Part shown: one piece after another, positions 20,249 through 29,549 of the stretch
Layout of the letters: each line of letters opens with the position of its first letter
Numbering within the stretch: the first letter of the stretch is position 1
NCBI GenBank assembly: GCA_963665775.2
Contig: CAXXTF010000001.1
Location: 448,001-512,000 of the forward strand
Direction of reading: 5' to 3'
From: Dehalococcoidia bacterium
GTDB lineage: Bacteria > Chloroflexota > Dehalococcoidia > SM23-28-2 > RBG-16-64-32
Length of the DNA: 64,000 nucleotides
The notes under the pieces: generated by a model
Seen by the model: only the letters and a program-made list of their open reading frames with translations
Told to the model about the DNA's origin: nothing
Database searches by the model: none
Made by a program: the position numbers and the translations under genes

Positions 20249-20733
20249 CTCTGCTCCCGATCGGCCAGAAAGCGCTCCCAGCGCTTTCGCGCCAATGATT
20301 CGCCCCAGTGATAGCCCAGGGTGTCGCCCACGCTGTTGGCCAGGTTGGCCGACAAGAGGTAGAAAAAGGCGAGGAGGGCTATGAAGCCGATGATCGCCCA
20401 CGTGGTGGCCCCGAAGAAGATCAGGGGCAGCACGGCAACTATCACGCCCCCGGTCAGGCCTCCCCAGGCGAAGCTCCATACGGCCCACGAGGCGCGGGAG
20501 CGCCGTGCCCGGCACATGTCGATGACCTCGTCCGGGATGCGAGAGGCGGCGGGCCGGTCGGCGGTTGAACCATCGCAGTGGGGGCAGCGATCGCGCTCTG
20601 GGGCCAGGGGATGGTAGCAATGGCCGCAGAAGCGGCCGGCGTTGGGGGACCGGCCCTGGAGGATATCCTCCATCAGGGCGAGTAGCCGCTGAGAGAACAC
20701 ATCCCGCGCAGCTTCTGTTTGGAGGTCGGTCAC
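20245..20733 (-). CDS. Hypothetical zinc-ribbon membrane protein
   Basis: CGHC...CPHC followed by two TM helices; GGAGG SD. Confidence 0.7.
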   Translation of the reverse strand: MTDLQTEAARDVFSQRLLALMEDILQGRSPNAGRFCGHCYHPLAPERDRCPHCDGSTADRPAASRIPDEVIDMCRARRSRASWAVWSFAWGGLTGGVIVAVLPLIFFGATTWAIIGFIALLAFFYLLSANLANSVGDTLGYHWGESLARKRWERFLADREQS

Positions 20734-20807
20734 GGGAGGACCTCCTTCGGCTGCGCTGGCTTCCAGTTTCGAGTCCCGGCGCGTTACTCTCGCTCCCGTT
20801 CCGACGA

Positions 20808-21211
20808 CTAGTCGGCGATGCCGGAGTGAACGTGCTCCGGCTCTATGACCATGATCAGGCGCTGCTCTTCCGGCGAACGGAAGGGGTGGCGATCCTGGCC
20901 CAGATACTTCTTCGCCAGCTGATCTATGTGGGCGTCCGCCCCTTCGGCTGTGATCGCCACCACCCTACCGCGGATAGTGGCGGTTGAGTAAGGATTCTCC
21001 TGGTCGGTGATCGATACGGACACGCGGGGGTCGCGGCGAGCGTTGCGGGGCTTCACGCGGCCCTCGGCAGTGTTAACCAGGATGCGGTCGCCATCCACGT
21101 CGACCCAGACGACCGTGACGTGGGGGAGCCATCTGGCATCAGGGTGGCCAGGTGGGCGTAGTTGGGTGCCTGGAACAGCTTGCGGACTCCTTCTGGGAGG
21201 GCTGCGGGCAT
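20808..21211 (-). pseudogene. PPOX class F420-dependent oxidoreductase with a 1-nt frameshift (possibly a sequencing error)
   Basis: ATG 21211 gives MPAALPEGVRKLFQAPNYAHLATLMPDGSP, then one base is missing in the G5 run at 21122-21126 before HVTVVWVDVDGD...K-x-RN-x-x-RDPRVS; span 404 nt. Confidence 0.8.
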
Positions 21212-21299
21212 ACCGGATCTCCTTTCATAGCGTAGCGACGTCGCGAAACTCCAGGGCAGCAGGTATAGCTTAGCGCGCGGGCCCTCTTGTGGCCAAGGG

Positions 21300-21575
21300 T
21301 CAGACCTCCTCGTGCCCGATCGTCCGTCCCGGCGCGATGCGGTCGCGCAGGAGGCGCTTCACCTCGCTCGCTTCAGGCATCCGCTTCGTATCGCGGTTGG
21401 TGGCGATGGTCTCGCCGTCCAGGGCGATCTCGAAGATGCCGCCGGAGGCAGGAACCAGGGCTACCTCTCCCAGCTCCTGCTCGAAGGTCGTGAGCAGCTC
21501 CTGGGCCAGCCAGGCGGCGCGCAGTAGGAACTTGCATTGGGTGCAGTAGCGAATCTCCAGGCGTGCGGTCGTCAT
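21300..21575 (-). CDS. Rdx (SelT/SelW/SelH) family protein, Cys form
   Basis: I-x-YCTQC-x-x-LLRAAWLAQELLTTF, GGIFEI, RDRIAPGR-x-x-GH. Confidence 0.9.
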   Translation of the reverse strand: MTTARLEIRYCTQCKFLLRAAWLAQELLTTFEQELGEVALVPASGGIFEIALDGETIATNRDTKRMPEASEVKRLLRDRIAPGRTIGHEEV

Positions 21576-21590
21576 AGCCTTAGGCCCCAA

Positions 21591-22100
21591 TTATATCGGT
21601 TGGAAAGAATACTCGTGGTTGCTCAGGAGAGCGGCGGCAAACACCACGGCCACGCTGAACAGCAGGCCCAGGGAGCTGAGGATGATGGAGGTGCGCCGTA
21701 ACCGCCCCACCTCGGCGTTGTCGGACACCATCTCCTCCTGCATCTGTAGCAAGCGCGGCCCGATCACCTTGGTGTGGAGGGCGGTGAATAGGATGGCCAG
21801 GCCGACCAGCACCATCTTGGTCGTGAAGATATAGAAGTAGCGGTTATCGGGGTCGAACGCGTCGGGGTTTTCATCCGCCTCCTGGAAGGCGTTGGAGATG
21901 CCGCTGAGGACGATGACGGCCATGGCGATCCAGGCCAGACGGCTGAACCTTGTGGTGATCAGGCGCATGACCCGTAGCCGCACCTGCGCGTCTTCGATGA
22001 GGCGCACGGCGGGGACGGTGACCAGGAACATGAAGAACTGCGGGCCCAACCAGATCGTCACGGCTACGATGTGAATCCAGGGGGTTATGGCTTCAGACAT
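21591..22100 (-). CDS. CopD/DUF4149-like membrane protein
   Basis: WIH-x-x-A-x-x-IWLG, four TM helices, H-x-x-x-IGPR. Confidence 0.7.
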   Translation of the reverse strand: MSEAITPWIHIVAVTIWLGPQFFMFLVTVPAVRLIEDAQVRLRVMRLITTRFSRLAWIAMAVIVLSGISNAFQEADENPDAFDPDNRYFYIFTTKMVLVGLAILFTALHTKVIGPRLLQMQEEMVSDNAEVGRLRRTSIILSSLGLLFSVAVVFAAALLSNHEYSFQPI

Positions 22101-22105
22101 CGGTT

Positions 22106-23404
22106 TCAGATCAGGGGTTGGATAGTGATGGCTTGACCCCGTTCCGGGCCTACGGAGACCAGGCAGATGGGTGTTGCCAGCAGCTCCTGAATGTACTGCA
22201 CATAGTCGCGGGCCTGGGACGGCAGCTCATCGAACCGGCGCGCGCCAGAGGTGTCCTGCTGCCAGCCGGGCAGATCCTGGTACACGGGCTTGGCCCGGGC
22301 CAGGACGGCGCTACCGGCCGGCATGCTTTCGGTGGTGCTGTCGTCAATCTGGTAGGCGGTGCAGACCCTGATCGTGGGCAGGCGGTCCAGGACGTCCAGC
22401 CGGGTGAGGGCGGCCGCGGTGAGCCCGTTCAGGCGGGCGCTATAGCGGGCGGCCACGGCATCGAACCAGCCGCAGCGGCGGGGCCGCCCGGTGGTAGCGC
22501 CATACTCGGGCCTGGGGCCCCCTTCACGCAACAGGGAGCCCGTCTCGTCCAGTAGCTCGGTTGGCATGGGGCCGTTGCCCACGCGGGTGTTGTAGGCCTT
22601 GAATACGCCGAGGACGGTCTCGATCTGGGTGGGACCGATGCCGATGCCGATAGTGGCGCCGCCGGCCAGGGAGGACGGCACGGAGGAGGCGACGTACTCG
22701 TAGGTGCCGGCGTCCAGGTCCAGCAGCGAGCCCTGGGCGCCCTCCAGGAGAACCGTCTCGCCGCGGGCCAGGGCGTCCTGGGTGAGGGCGGCTGTGTCGG
22801 CCACGTAGGGGGCCAGGCGCGAGCCGTACTCCCTGTACTCCTCGTAGACCTGCTCTATGGCGAGGGGATCAGTCTCGTACAGCTTGACCAGGACGGCATT
22901 CTTGTAGGGGACCAAGAAGGAGAGGGCGCTCAGCAACGCCTCTGGTTCGATGAGCTCCGCCATGCGGAGACCGGCCCGGCCCACCTTGTCCACGAAGGCG
23001 GGACCGACGCCGCGGCCGGTTGTGCCGATGGCGCCCTTCCCCCGAAGCTTCTCGTCCAGCTCGTCGATGAGGCGGTGCCAGGGCATAAGGATGTGGCAGC
23101 GATCGCTTACGAAGAGCCGCCCCTGGATGGGGATGCCGTTGGCTTCCAGATCGGCGATCTCCTCCAGGAGTGCGGCCGGGTCGATGACGACGCCATTGCC
23201 TATGAGGCAGAGCTTATCGGGATAGAAGATTCCGGCGGGAATTAGATGGAGGCGGAATTCGCCCCGCTCGTTGATGACGGTATGACCGGCGTTGTTGCCG
23301 GCGGAATAGCGGGCTATAATCTGGGCTTTCTGCGCCAGCAGGTCGACGATTCTGCCCTTCCCCTCGTCTCCCCACTGACTACCCACCACAACGATGGCTG
23401 GCAT
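22106..23404 (-). CDS. purA: Adenylosuccinate synthetase
   Basis: GSQWGDEGKG, NAGHT, IGTTGRGVGP, EGAQG, EYGATTGRPRRCGWFD. Confidence 0.97.
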   Translation of the reverse strand: MPAIVVVGSQWGDEGKGRIVDLLAQKAQIIARYSAGNNAGHTVINERGEFRLHLIPAGIFYPDKLCLIGNGVVIDPAALLEEIADLEANGIPIQGRLFVSDRCHILMPWHRLIDELDEKLRGKGAIGTTGRGVGPAFVDKVGRAGLRMAELIEPEALLSALSFLVPYKNAVLVKLYETDPLAIEQVYEEYREYGSRLAPYVADTAALTQDALARGETVLLEGAQGSLLDLDAGTYEYVASSVPSSLAGGATIGIGIGPTQIETVLGVFKAYNTRVGNGPMPTELLDETGSLLREGGPRPEYGATTGRPRRCGWFDAVAARYSARLNGLTAAALTRLDVLDRLPTIRVCTAYQIDDSTTESMPAGSAVLARAKPVYQDLPGWQQDTSGARRFDELPSQARDYVQYIQELLATPICLVSVGPERGQAITIQPLI

Positions 23405-23448
23405 AAAAAAGAGCCGCTCTTCGGCTCCTCCTTTCGAACTCCGGACGG

Positions 23449-23477
23449 AGTATAGGCGGACGTGGGGGTAGGGTCAA
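23449..23477 (-). promoter_or_regulatory. sigma70-type promoter for purA
   Basis: TTGACC-17 nt-TATACT. Confidence 0.65.
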
Positions 23478-23808
23478 GGGGTGTGAGGGGAACCGCTCCT
23501 GCTTCCGCGACGCCTTCCTGACCTCGGAGGCCGTCGGCCCTGTGATCCAGGACCTGATTCCCATGCTCCCGCCCCGCCTGTTACTATGGCCCTACGGCTG
23601 GTGGATACTATGGCTGCTTATTTCAATATCAACTACGACATGCAGCCGACCCCATTTTTCGATCACCACCCGGTCGTGCCCAGCCTCCACATTGGTGGGA
23701 ACCTTCCCCCGGGTGCGGCCATCCTCCGGAGCGTAGGCAACCCCCCGGTCTGGACCTTTGCCTTAGTGATGCCCATCGCTACGACCCATCGGCCATCTGG
23801 ACCCGCTC

Positions 23809-24726
23809 GTGGCTGAGGGTACTCGGGGGTCCGGCCTGAGCACACTCTGGAGGCGGGTTCGGTCGCCGTTCAGCCGGCGCGATCTCATGGAGGGGCTGCT
23901 GGTAGGGCTCGCCTTCCTCCTCTACTTCGCCGTCCGTGGCGCCGTCATCGACCGGCCGGAGGCTGCCTACCTTCATGCCCTGGACGTGATCGATCTCCAG
24001 CGGTCGCTCGGCATCTTCTGGGAGGCCGATCTGAACGAGTGGATCAGGGAGCGGGAGTTCTGGGCCCAGACGGCCAACATCGTCTACTTCTGGCTGCACT
24101 TCCCTCTGATTATCGCCTTCGGCATCTACCTTTATTGCCGGCAGCGAAGCAAGTACACCCTGATGCGGGACGCCTTCCTCACCTCTGGGGCGATCGCCCT
24201 CGTCGTCTACTGGCTGTACCCGGTGGCGCCACCGCGGCTGCTGCCCGAATTGGCGATAGAGTTCGACGGCGGCGGCCCCGTCTACATTCGCGGCTTCTTA
24301 GACACCATGCAGGAGTACCTGGGTTACGGTTATCAGGCACAGTCCACGAGCGCCTTCGTGAACCCCTACGCCGCCATGCCCAGCCTACACTTCGGGTGGG
24401 ATCTCTTGCTCGGTGTGGGGATCGTGTGGGCCTCCTGGGGGCGGCGCTGGATGTGGTTCACCCTGCCCATCGGCCTCTTCCTGCCGATCGCCCAGGTGCC
24501 AGCCATCACGGTCACCGCCAATCACTTCTTCCTGGACGCTGCTGCCGGGGCAGTTGTGGCTCTCTTGGGATTCCCGGCCGCGCTGATGCTGCGTCGCCGG
24601 GGCTACCCCGCGCTGGGGCGGCTGTTAGGGCGGCTTCCCCTTCCGGCTCTGAGGCGCTGGGTCCTGCCCGATGAAAACGCGAGCAGCGAGGCGGAGTCCG
24701 GTCTGGCGCCTGGTCCTTCAGATTAG
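23809..24726 (+). CDS. PAP2 superfamily membrane protein (AUR1/IPC-synthase-like, PAP2_3)
   Basis: PVAPPR, NPYAAMPSLH, TANHFFLD motifs; start uncertain. Confidence 0.85.
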   Translation: MAEGTRGSGLSTLWRRVRSPFSRRDLMEGLLVGLAFLLYFAVRGAVIDRPEAAYLHALDVIDLQRSLGIFWEADLNEWIREREFWAQTANIVYFWLHFPLIIAFGIYLYCRQRSKYTLMRDAFLTSGAIALVVYWLYPVAPPRLLPELAIEFDGGGPVYIRGFLDTMQEYLGYGYQAQSTSAFVNPYAAMPSLHFGWDLLLGVGIVWASWGRRWMWFTLPIGLFLPIAQVPAITVTANHFFLDAAAGAVVALLGFPAALMLRRRGYPALGRLLGRLPLPALRRWVLPDENASSEAESGLAPGPSD

Positions 24727-24781
24727 GTGGCGCCCAGGGTGGCCGAAAGCGGTGGCGGGCGATCGCCCGCCCGAGAACAGA

Positions 24782-25693
24782 TCATGCTTGCGCCGCGTGT
24801 AGCTCAGGCGCCCGCTCCGGTGATGCTTCCGGCTCCGAGTAGAACGCCAGGCCCACGAAACCCGGCCCGATGTGGACCCCCATTACATTCGTCAACTCCG
24901 TGACGATGAGGTCGACCGGAGCGAAGCGCCGGCGAACACGCTCGGCCAGCTCCTGCGCCCGCTCGGGTGCGTCGGCGTGCATCACCGCCACGTGTAGCGG
25001 TGCCCCTGGCTGCGCTCTCTCCGCCAGGTAGCGGACTAGCCGCTCCATCGCCCCGGCCGGGGTGCGCGCCCGGCCCACGCCCGTCACCTTATCGCTATGG
25101 GAGCCGGTGGCCAGGATGGGTTTGATCTGGAGGAGGGCGGTGGCCCAGTGGACGATCCAGGGGACGCGACCGCTCTTGGCCAGGTAGCGCATGGTGTCCA
25201 GGGCACCCACCAGTTGGGCCCTCGATCCGACAGCCTCGGCCGCCGCCGTCGCCTCGTCCAGACCGGCGCCTGCCTCGGCGGCCCGCGCCGCCGCCAGCAC
25301 AGCGAAGCCGTGGGACATGGCCAGACTGTGGGTGTCCACCACCCGAACGGTGAGGTCGGGCAGCTCCTGAGAGGCCAGCTCCCTGGCGTCAAGGGCGCAG
25401 CTATAGGTGCCGCTGTAGCTAGCGGGGAGGGTCAGGCAGAGGACGGCCTGGGCGCCGGACTGGTGAACCTGACGGAAGGCCTCCAGGAACCGGCCGGGGG
25501 CAGGGGAGGCGGTGGTGGGGAGGCGGCGAGAGGCCCGCATCCGGTCATAGAAATCGTGGCCGGCTATGGTTCCGTCATAGTGCAGCTGCCCGTCGAAGAG
25601 GAAGGCCAACGGGACGACGATGATGCCGTGCCTTTTGATGAGTTCGGTGGGCAGACAGGATGAGCTGTCGGTTACTACGACGATCTTCGTCAT
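24782..25693 (-). CDS. DegV family fatty-acid-binding protein
   Basis: VTDSS, PTTASP, SGTY, YLAKSGR, IKPIL, HIGPG. Confidence 0.93.
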   Translation of the reverse strand: MTKIVVVTDSSSCLPTELIKRHGIIVVPLAFLFDGQLHYDGTIAGHDFYDRMRASRRLPTTASPAPGRFLEAFRQVHQSGAQAVLCLTLPASYSGTYSCALDARELASQELPDLTVRVVDTHSLAMSHGFAVLAAARAAEAGAGLDEATAAAEAVGSRAQLVGALDTMRYLAKSGRVPWIVHWATALLQIKPILATGSHSDKVTGVGRARTPAGAMERLVRYLAERAQPGAPLHVAVMHADAPERAQELAERVRRRFAPVDLIVTELTNVMGVHIGPGFVGLAFYSEPEASPERAPELHAAQA

Positions 25694-25831
25694 AGGGACG
25701 GTAGGGGGAGGAGGTACGCCATCTGAAGGCCAGTATACCTTGACCTCGTTGCCGCTGCCAGCGACGGTGTGTTATACTCGCACCAACAAGAATTGGGAGT
25801 GAGAGAGAGCCTGAGACTGGCCCCATAACGG

Positions 25832-26098
25832 ATGCTCACGAAGACGCAGAAGGAAGGACTAGTCAGCGAGTATCACTTGCACGCTTCCGACAGTGGTTCA
25901 AGCGATGTGCAAGTAGCGCTGCTGACAGAGCGCATCCGGCAGATAACGGATCACCTGCGGGTGAATCGCAAGGATAACCACTCCCAGCGCGGCCTGATGA
26001 AGCTCGTGGGGCAGCGTCGCAGGCTGTTGCGCTACCTCAGCCGGAGAGAGCCGGCGCGGTATAAGGCGCTCATAGGCAGACTCGGCATCCGCAAGTAG
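25832..26098 (+). CDS. rpsO: 30S ribosomal protein S15
   Basis: DSGSSDVQVALLT, KDNHSQRGL, RRRLLRYL. Confidence 0.97.
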   Translation: MLTKTQKEGLVSEYHLHASDSGSSDVQVALLTERIRQITDHLRVNRKDNHSQRGLMKLVGQRRRLLRYLSRREPARYKALIGRLGIRK

Positions 26099-26290
26099 AC
26101 GCGCGGCGGTCTTGCCTAACCACAGAGGGGGTACTACTTAAGCCAGCCGGAGCAACCCGCTGGCAGCCCACCCGCCGATTAGGCACCCATAGAGGATGTA
26201 GCAATCGCAGCAAAGCCAGCCCTGCCGCTTGGGGAAGAGCCCCAACGGGCCAATTATTCGCAACCAAATTATCTGGAGGTATGATTCGTA

Positions 26291-28669
26291 ATGTCTGAAT
26301 TGTTTGCACGTGAGATCGGTGGGCGCACCCTCTCCATGGTGGTAGGGAAGGTGGCCGGCCTGGCCAACGGCGCCGTGACCGTACACTATGGCGATACCGT
26401 TGTCCTTGTCACCGCCTGTATGAGCTCGGCTCCCCGCGAGGGGATCGACTTCTTCCCTCTCACCGTAGACTTTGAGGAGCGAATGTACGCCGCCGGCAAG
26501 ATCCCGGGCGGCTGGTTCCGCCGCGAGGGACGGCCCGGCACCTCGTCCATCCTCATCGCCCGCCTCACTGACCGTCCCCTGCGCCCCCTCTTCCCCAAGG
26601 GGCTGCGCAACGATGTGCAGATCATCGCTACCGCCCTTAGCGCCGACCAGGAGAACGACCCCGATATCCTCACCATTATTGGCGCCTCGGCCGCTCTCTC
26701 CATCTCCGATATCCCCTGGGGCGGGCCCGTTTCCGGCACGCGCGTGGGCTACATAGACGAGCAGTATGTGGTGAACCCCACCTACGCCCAGCTCAAGGAC
26801 AGCGACCTGGATCTGGTCGTCGTTGGCACCCGTGATGCCGTCGTTATGGTGGAGGCGGGCGCCAGCGAGGTCTCCGAGGCGATCATGCTGGAGGCCATCC
26901 GGGTAGGCCAGGCGACGAACGCCGAGATCATCGGCCTTCAGGACGAGATGGTATCTCGTCTGGGCAAGACCAAGAGCTCTCTCTCGGCCTCCACCCTGCC
27001 TGATGACATCGGCCCAGCCGTTGCTGACTTCGTCGCCTCCCAGGGCTGGGATCTGGTCTCTTCCGCCAGGGGGGAGCGCGACGGGGCGGCCGGCGAGCGT
27101 CTGGAGGGGCTCACGGAAGCCCTGGGCGAGCGCTACTCGCCTCAACAGCTGAAGGCCACCCTGGACGACGCTTCCAAGCAGGCCGTCCGCAATCGCATCC
27201 TGAAAGAGGGCACGCGGCCTGACGGCCGCCGCACCGACGAGATAAGGCCCATCAGCTGTGAGGTCGCCCTCCTCCCCCGCACTCACGGCTCCGGCCTGTT
27301 CACCCGGGGCGAGACGCAGGTGCTGGCCCTCACCACCCTGGGCTCCATGGGTGAACAGCAGAGGCTGGATGGCCTGGAGCCGGAGGAGATGCGGCGATTC
27401 ATACACCACTACAACTTCCCGCCCTTCTCAGTGGGCGAGACGCGGCCCCTTCGCGGCCCTAGCCGTCGGGATACGGGTCACGGCGCCCTGGCGGAGCGGG
27501 CGATGCTCGCCGTCATCCCCTCAGAGGAGGAGTTCCCGTACACTATCCGCCTGGTGTCGGAGGTCCTCTCCAGCAACGGCAGCACATCTATGGCCAGCGT
27601 CTGTAGCAGCGTTCTCTCCCTCATGGACGCCGGCGTTCCCATCAAGGCGCCGGTGGCCGGGGTGGCCATGGGCCTCATCAAGGGCGAAGATAATTACCGC
27701 GTACTAACAGACATCGCCGGTCTGGAGGATTCCTTCGGCGATATGGACTTCAAGGTGGCCGGTACTGCTACCGGCATCACTGCCCTTCAGATGGACATCA
27801 AGATCGGCGGCATTACCGACGATATCCTGGATCAGGCCCTGACGCAGGCCCGTGAGGCCCGCCTATTCATCCTGGAGAAGATGCGGGAGGCGATTCCGGA
27901 GGTGCGCTCAGAGATGTCACCGTATGCGCCGCGCATGTACCGTCTGAGCATCCCTCAGGACAAGATCGGGGCGGTCATAGGCCCCGGCGGCCGCGTCATC
28001 CGGTCCATCATCGAGGAGACCACCTGCAGCGTCGATATCGAGGATGACGGCACCGTCTTCATAGGCTCCCCCAACGAGACGATGGCGCAGAAGGCGATCA
28101 GCATCATCGAGGGGCTTACTAAGGAGGTGGAGGTGGGCGAGGTCTATACCGGCACGGTCACTCGGTTCACCGGTTTCGGTGCCTTTGTGGAGATACTGCC
28201 GGGCAAGGACGGTCTGGTCCGCTTGGAGGACCTGGCGGAGGTTCCTGCTCGCCGCCCCGAGGACGTGGTCAGCATCGACGATGAGGTGATGGTGATGGTG
28301 ATCGAGGTGGACAACCTCGGTCGCATCAACCTCTCCCGCCGCGCTGTCCTGGAGGGTCTCACGGTGGAGCAGGCGAGGGAATCGTCCCAGCGGGCGCAGC
28401 AGGCAGGCCAGGCGTCCCGAGGCGACCGGAGGCCGCCGCGCCGCGATTTCGGCGGCGGAGGCGGTGGCCAGAGGCCATACGGCGGCCGCGGTGGCGGTGG
28501 CGGTGGCGGCGGTGGTGGGAACGGGCGGCCCCGTGGCGGCGGTGGCAGGCCTCCACAGAACCGCGGCGGCGGCCCCCGTCCCAACGACCAGCAGCAGCGC
28601 CCCGGATTCCGCCGCGAGCCGGGCGATCCTCCACCCCCACCCCCACCGACTCCCTTCAAGCGCTGGTAG
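26291..28669 (+). CDS. pnp: Polyribonucleotide nucleotidyltransferase with a Gly/Arg/Pro-rich C-terminal tail
   Basis: DFFPLTVDFEE, RLTDRPLRPLF, SNGSTSMAS, GDMDFKVAG, KH and S1 domains. Confidence 0.97.
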   Translation: MSELFAREIGGRTLSMVVGKVAGLANGAVTVHYGDTVVLVTACMSSAPREGIDFFPLTVDFEERMYAAGKIPGGWFRREGRPGTSSILIARLTDRPLRPLFPKGLRNDVQIIATALSADQENDPDILTIIGASAALSISDIPWGGPVSGTRVGYIDEQYVVNPTYAQLKDSDLDLVVVGTRDAVVMVEAGASEVSEAIMLEAIRVGQATNAEIIGLQDEMVSRLGKTKSSLSASTLPDDIGPAVADFVASQGWDLVSSARGERDGAAGERLEGLTEALGERYSPQQLKATLDDASKQAVRNRILKEGTRPDGRRTDEIRPISCEVALLPRTHGSGLFTRGETQVLALTTLGSMGEQQRLDGLEPEEMRRFIHHYNFPPFSVGETRPLRGPSRRDTGHGALAERAMLAVIPSEEEFPYTIRLVSEVLSSNGSTSMASVCSSVLSLMDAGVPIKAPVAGVAMGLIKGEDNYRVLTDIAGLEDSFGDMDFKVAGTATGITALQMDIKIGGITDDILDQALTQAREARLFILEKMREAIPEVRSEMSPYAPRMYRLSIPQDKIGAVIGPGGRVIRSIIEETTCSVDIEDDGTVFIGSPNETMAQKAISIIEGLTKEVEVGEVYTGTVTRFTGFGAFVEILPGKDGLVRLEDLAEVPARRPEDVVSIDDEVMVMVIEVDNLGRINLSRRAVLEGLTVEQARESSQRAQQAGQASRGDRRPPRRDFGGGGGGQRPYGGRGGGGGGGGGGNGRPRGGGGRPPQNRGGGPRPNDQQQRPGFRREPGDPPPPPPPTPFKRW

Positions 28670-28694
28670 GAGTGGCCCGGGAAGGCGGTCGCCT

Positions 28695-29489
28695 ATGTCC
28701 GTGAAGGTGCTGGTTAGTGGCACGGGCAAGATGGGACAGGAAGTCCTGGCGGCTGCCTGTCGGGAGACCGACATGGAGCCCGTCGGCATCCTCTCCCGCT
28801 CCGCCCGCGAGGAGTATCTCTCACTGCCGGACGGGTCTGGGTTAGTCCCCTTCGGGGCGGAACCTGCCGCCCTAATCTCCCGAACCCGACCGGACGTGGT
28901 CGTCGATTTCACCAACGCCGATTGGACCCCTACCGTCGCTCGGGAGGCCCAGGCGGCGGGTGCCCGTCTGGTCATCGGCACTTCAGGGCTCTCCGACGAC
29001 TTCCTCGCTGAACTGAGTCGGGAGTGCCGCCGGCGCAAGTTGGGGGCCGTCGTCGGCGCCAACTTCGCCCTCGGCGCCGTCCTCATGGTTCACCTGGCCC
29101 GCATCGCTGGTCGCTTCTTCGACTATGCCGAGGTGATCGAGATGCATCACGAAGGGAAGGCGGATGCCCCCTCAGGCACCTCTATCGCCACGGCCAAGGC
29201 CATGTCCCAGGATCGGGGCGGCCCTTTCATCCGGCCGCCGACCCAGAAGGAGAACGTGAAGGGGACCCGCGGCGGTGTCGTCGATGGTGTCACCATCCAT
29301 AGCCTACGCTTGCCCGGGCTGGTAGCGCACCAGGAGGTGATCCTGGGCGGGCCCGGCCAGACCCTCACCATCCGTCACGACTCCGTCAGCCGGGACTCCT
29401 TCATGCCCGGCGTGGTGATGGCAATCCGCGCGGTCATGGAGCGTCAGGAGCTGATCGTGGGCCTGGAACAGCTGATCGGCCTGGAGTAG
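28695..29489 (+). CDS. dapB: 4-hydroxy-tetrahydrodipicolinate reductase
   Basis: GKMG, VDFT, EMHHEGKADAPSGT, IRHDS. Confidence 0.95.
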   Translation: MSVKVLVSGTGKMGQEVLAAACRETDMEPVGILSRSAREEYLSLPDGSGLVPFGAEPAALISRTRPDVVVDFTNADWTPTVAREAQAAGARLVIGTSGLSDDFLAELSRECRRRKLGAVVGANFALGAVLMVHLARIAGRFFDYAEVIEMHHEGKADAPSGTSIATAKAMSQDRGGPFIRPPTQKENVKGTRGGVVDGVTIHSLRLPGLVAHQEVILGGPGQTLTIRHDSVSRDSFMPGVVMAIRAVMERQELIVGLEQLIGLE

Positions 29490-29549
29490 ACAGACTTCTA
29501 CTATCGCGGGCCGGCGGAGATCGAGCGAACTCAAGCCGGATAGACGGAT

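Noticed and set aside
21300-21575. Selenoprotein (SelW-like) with UGA recoding
   Set aside because: The motif is CTQC with ordinary Cys codons and no in-frame TGA
23542-23845. Short ORFs upstream of the PAP2 gene (e.g. 23586-23816)
   Set aside because: No recognisable motif, SD or typical codon pattern; treated as intergenic, although a small protein cannot be excluded
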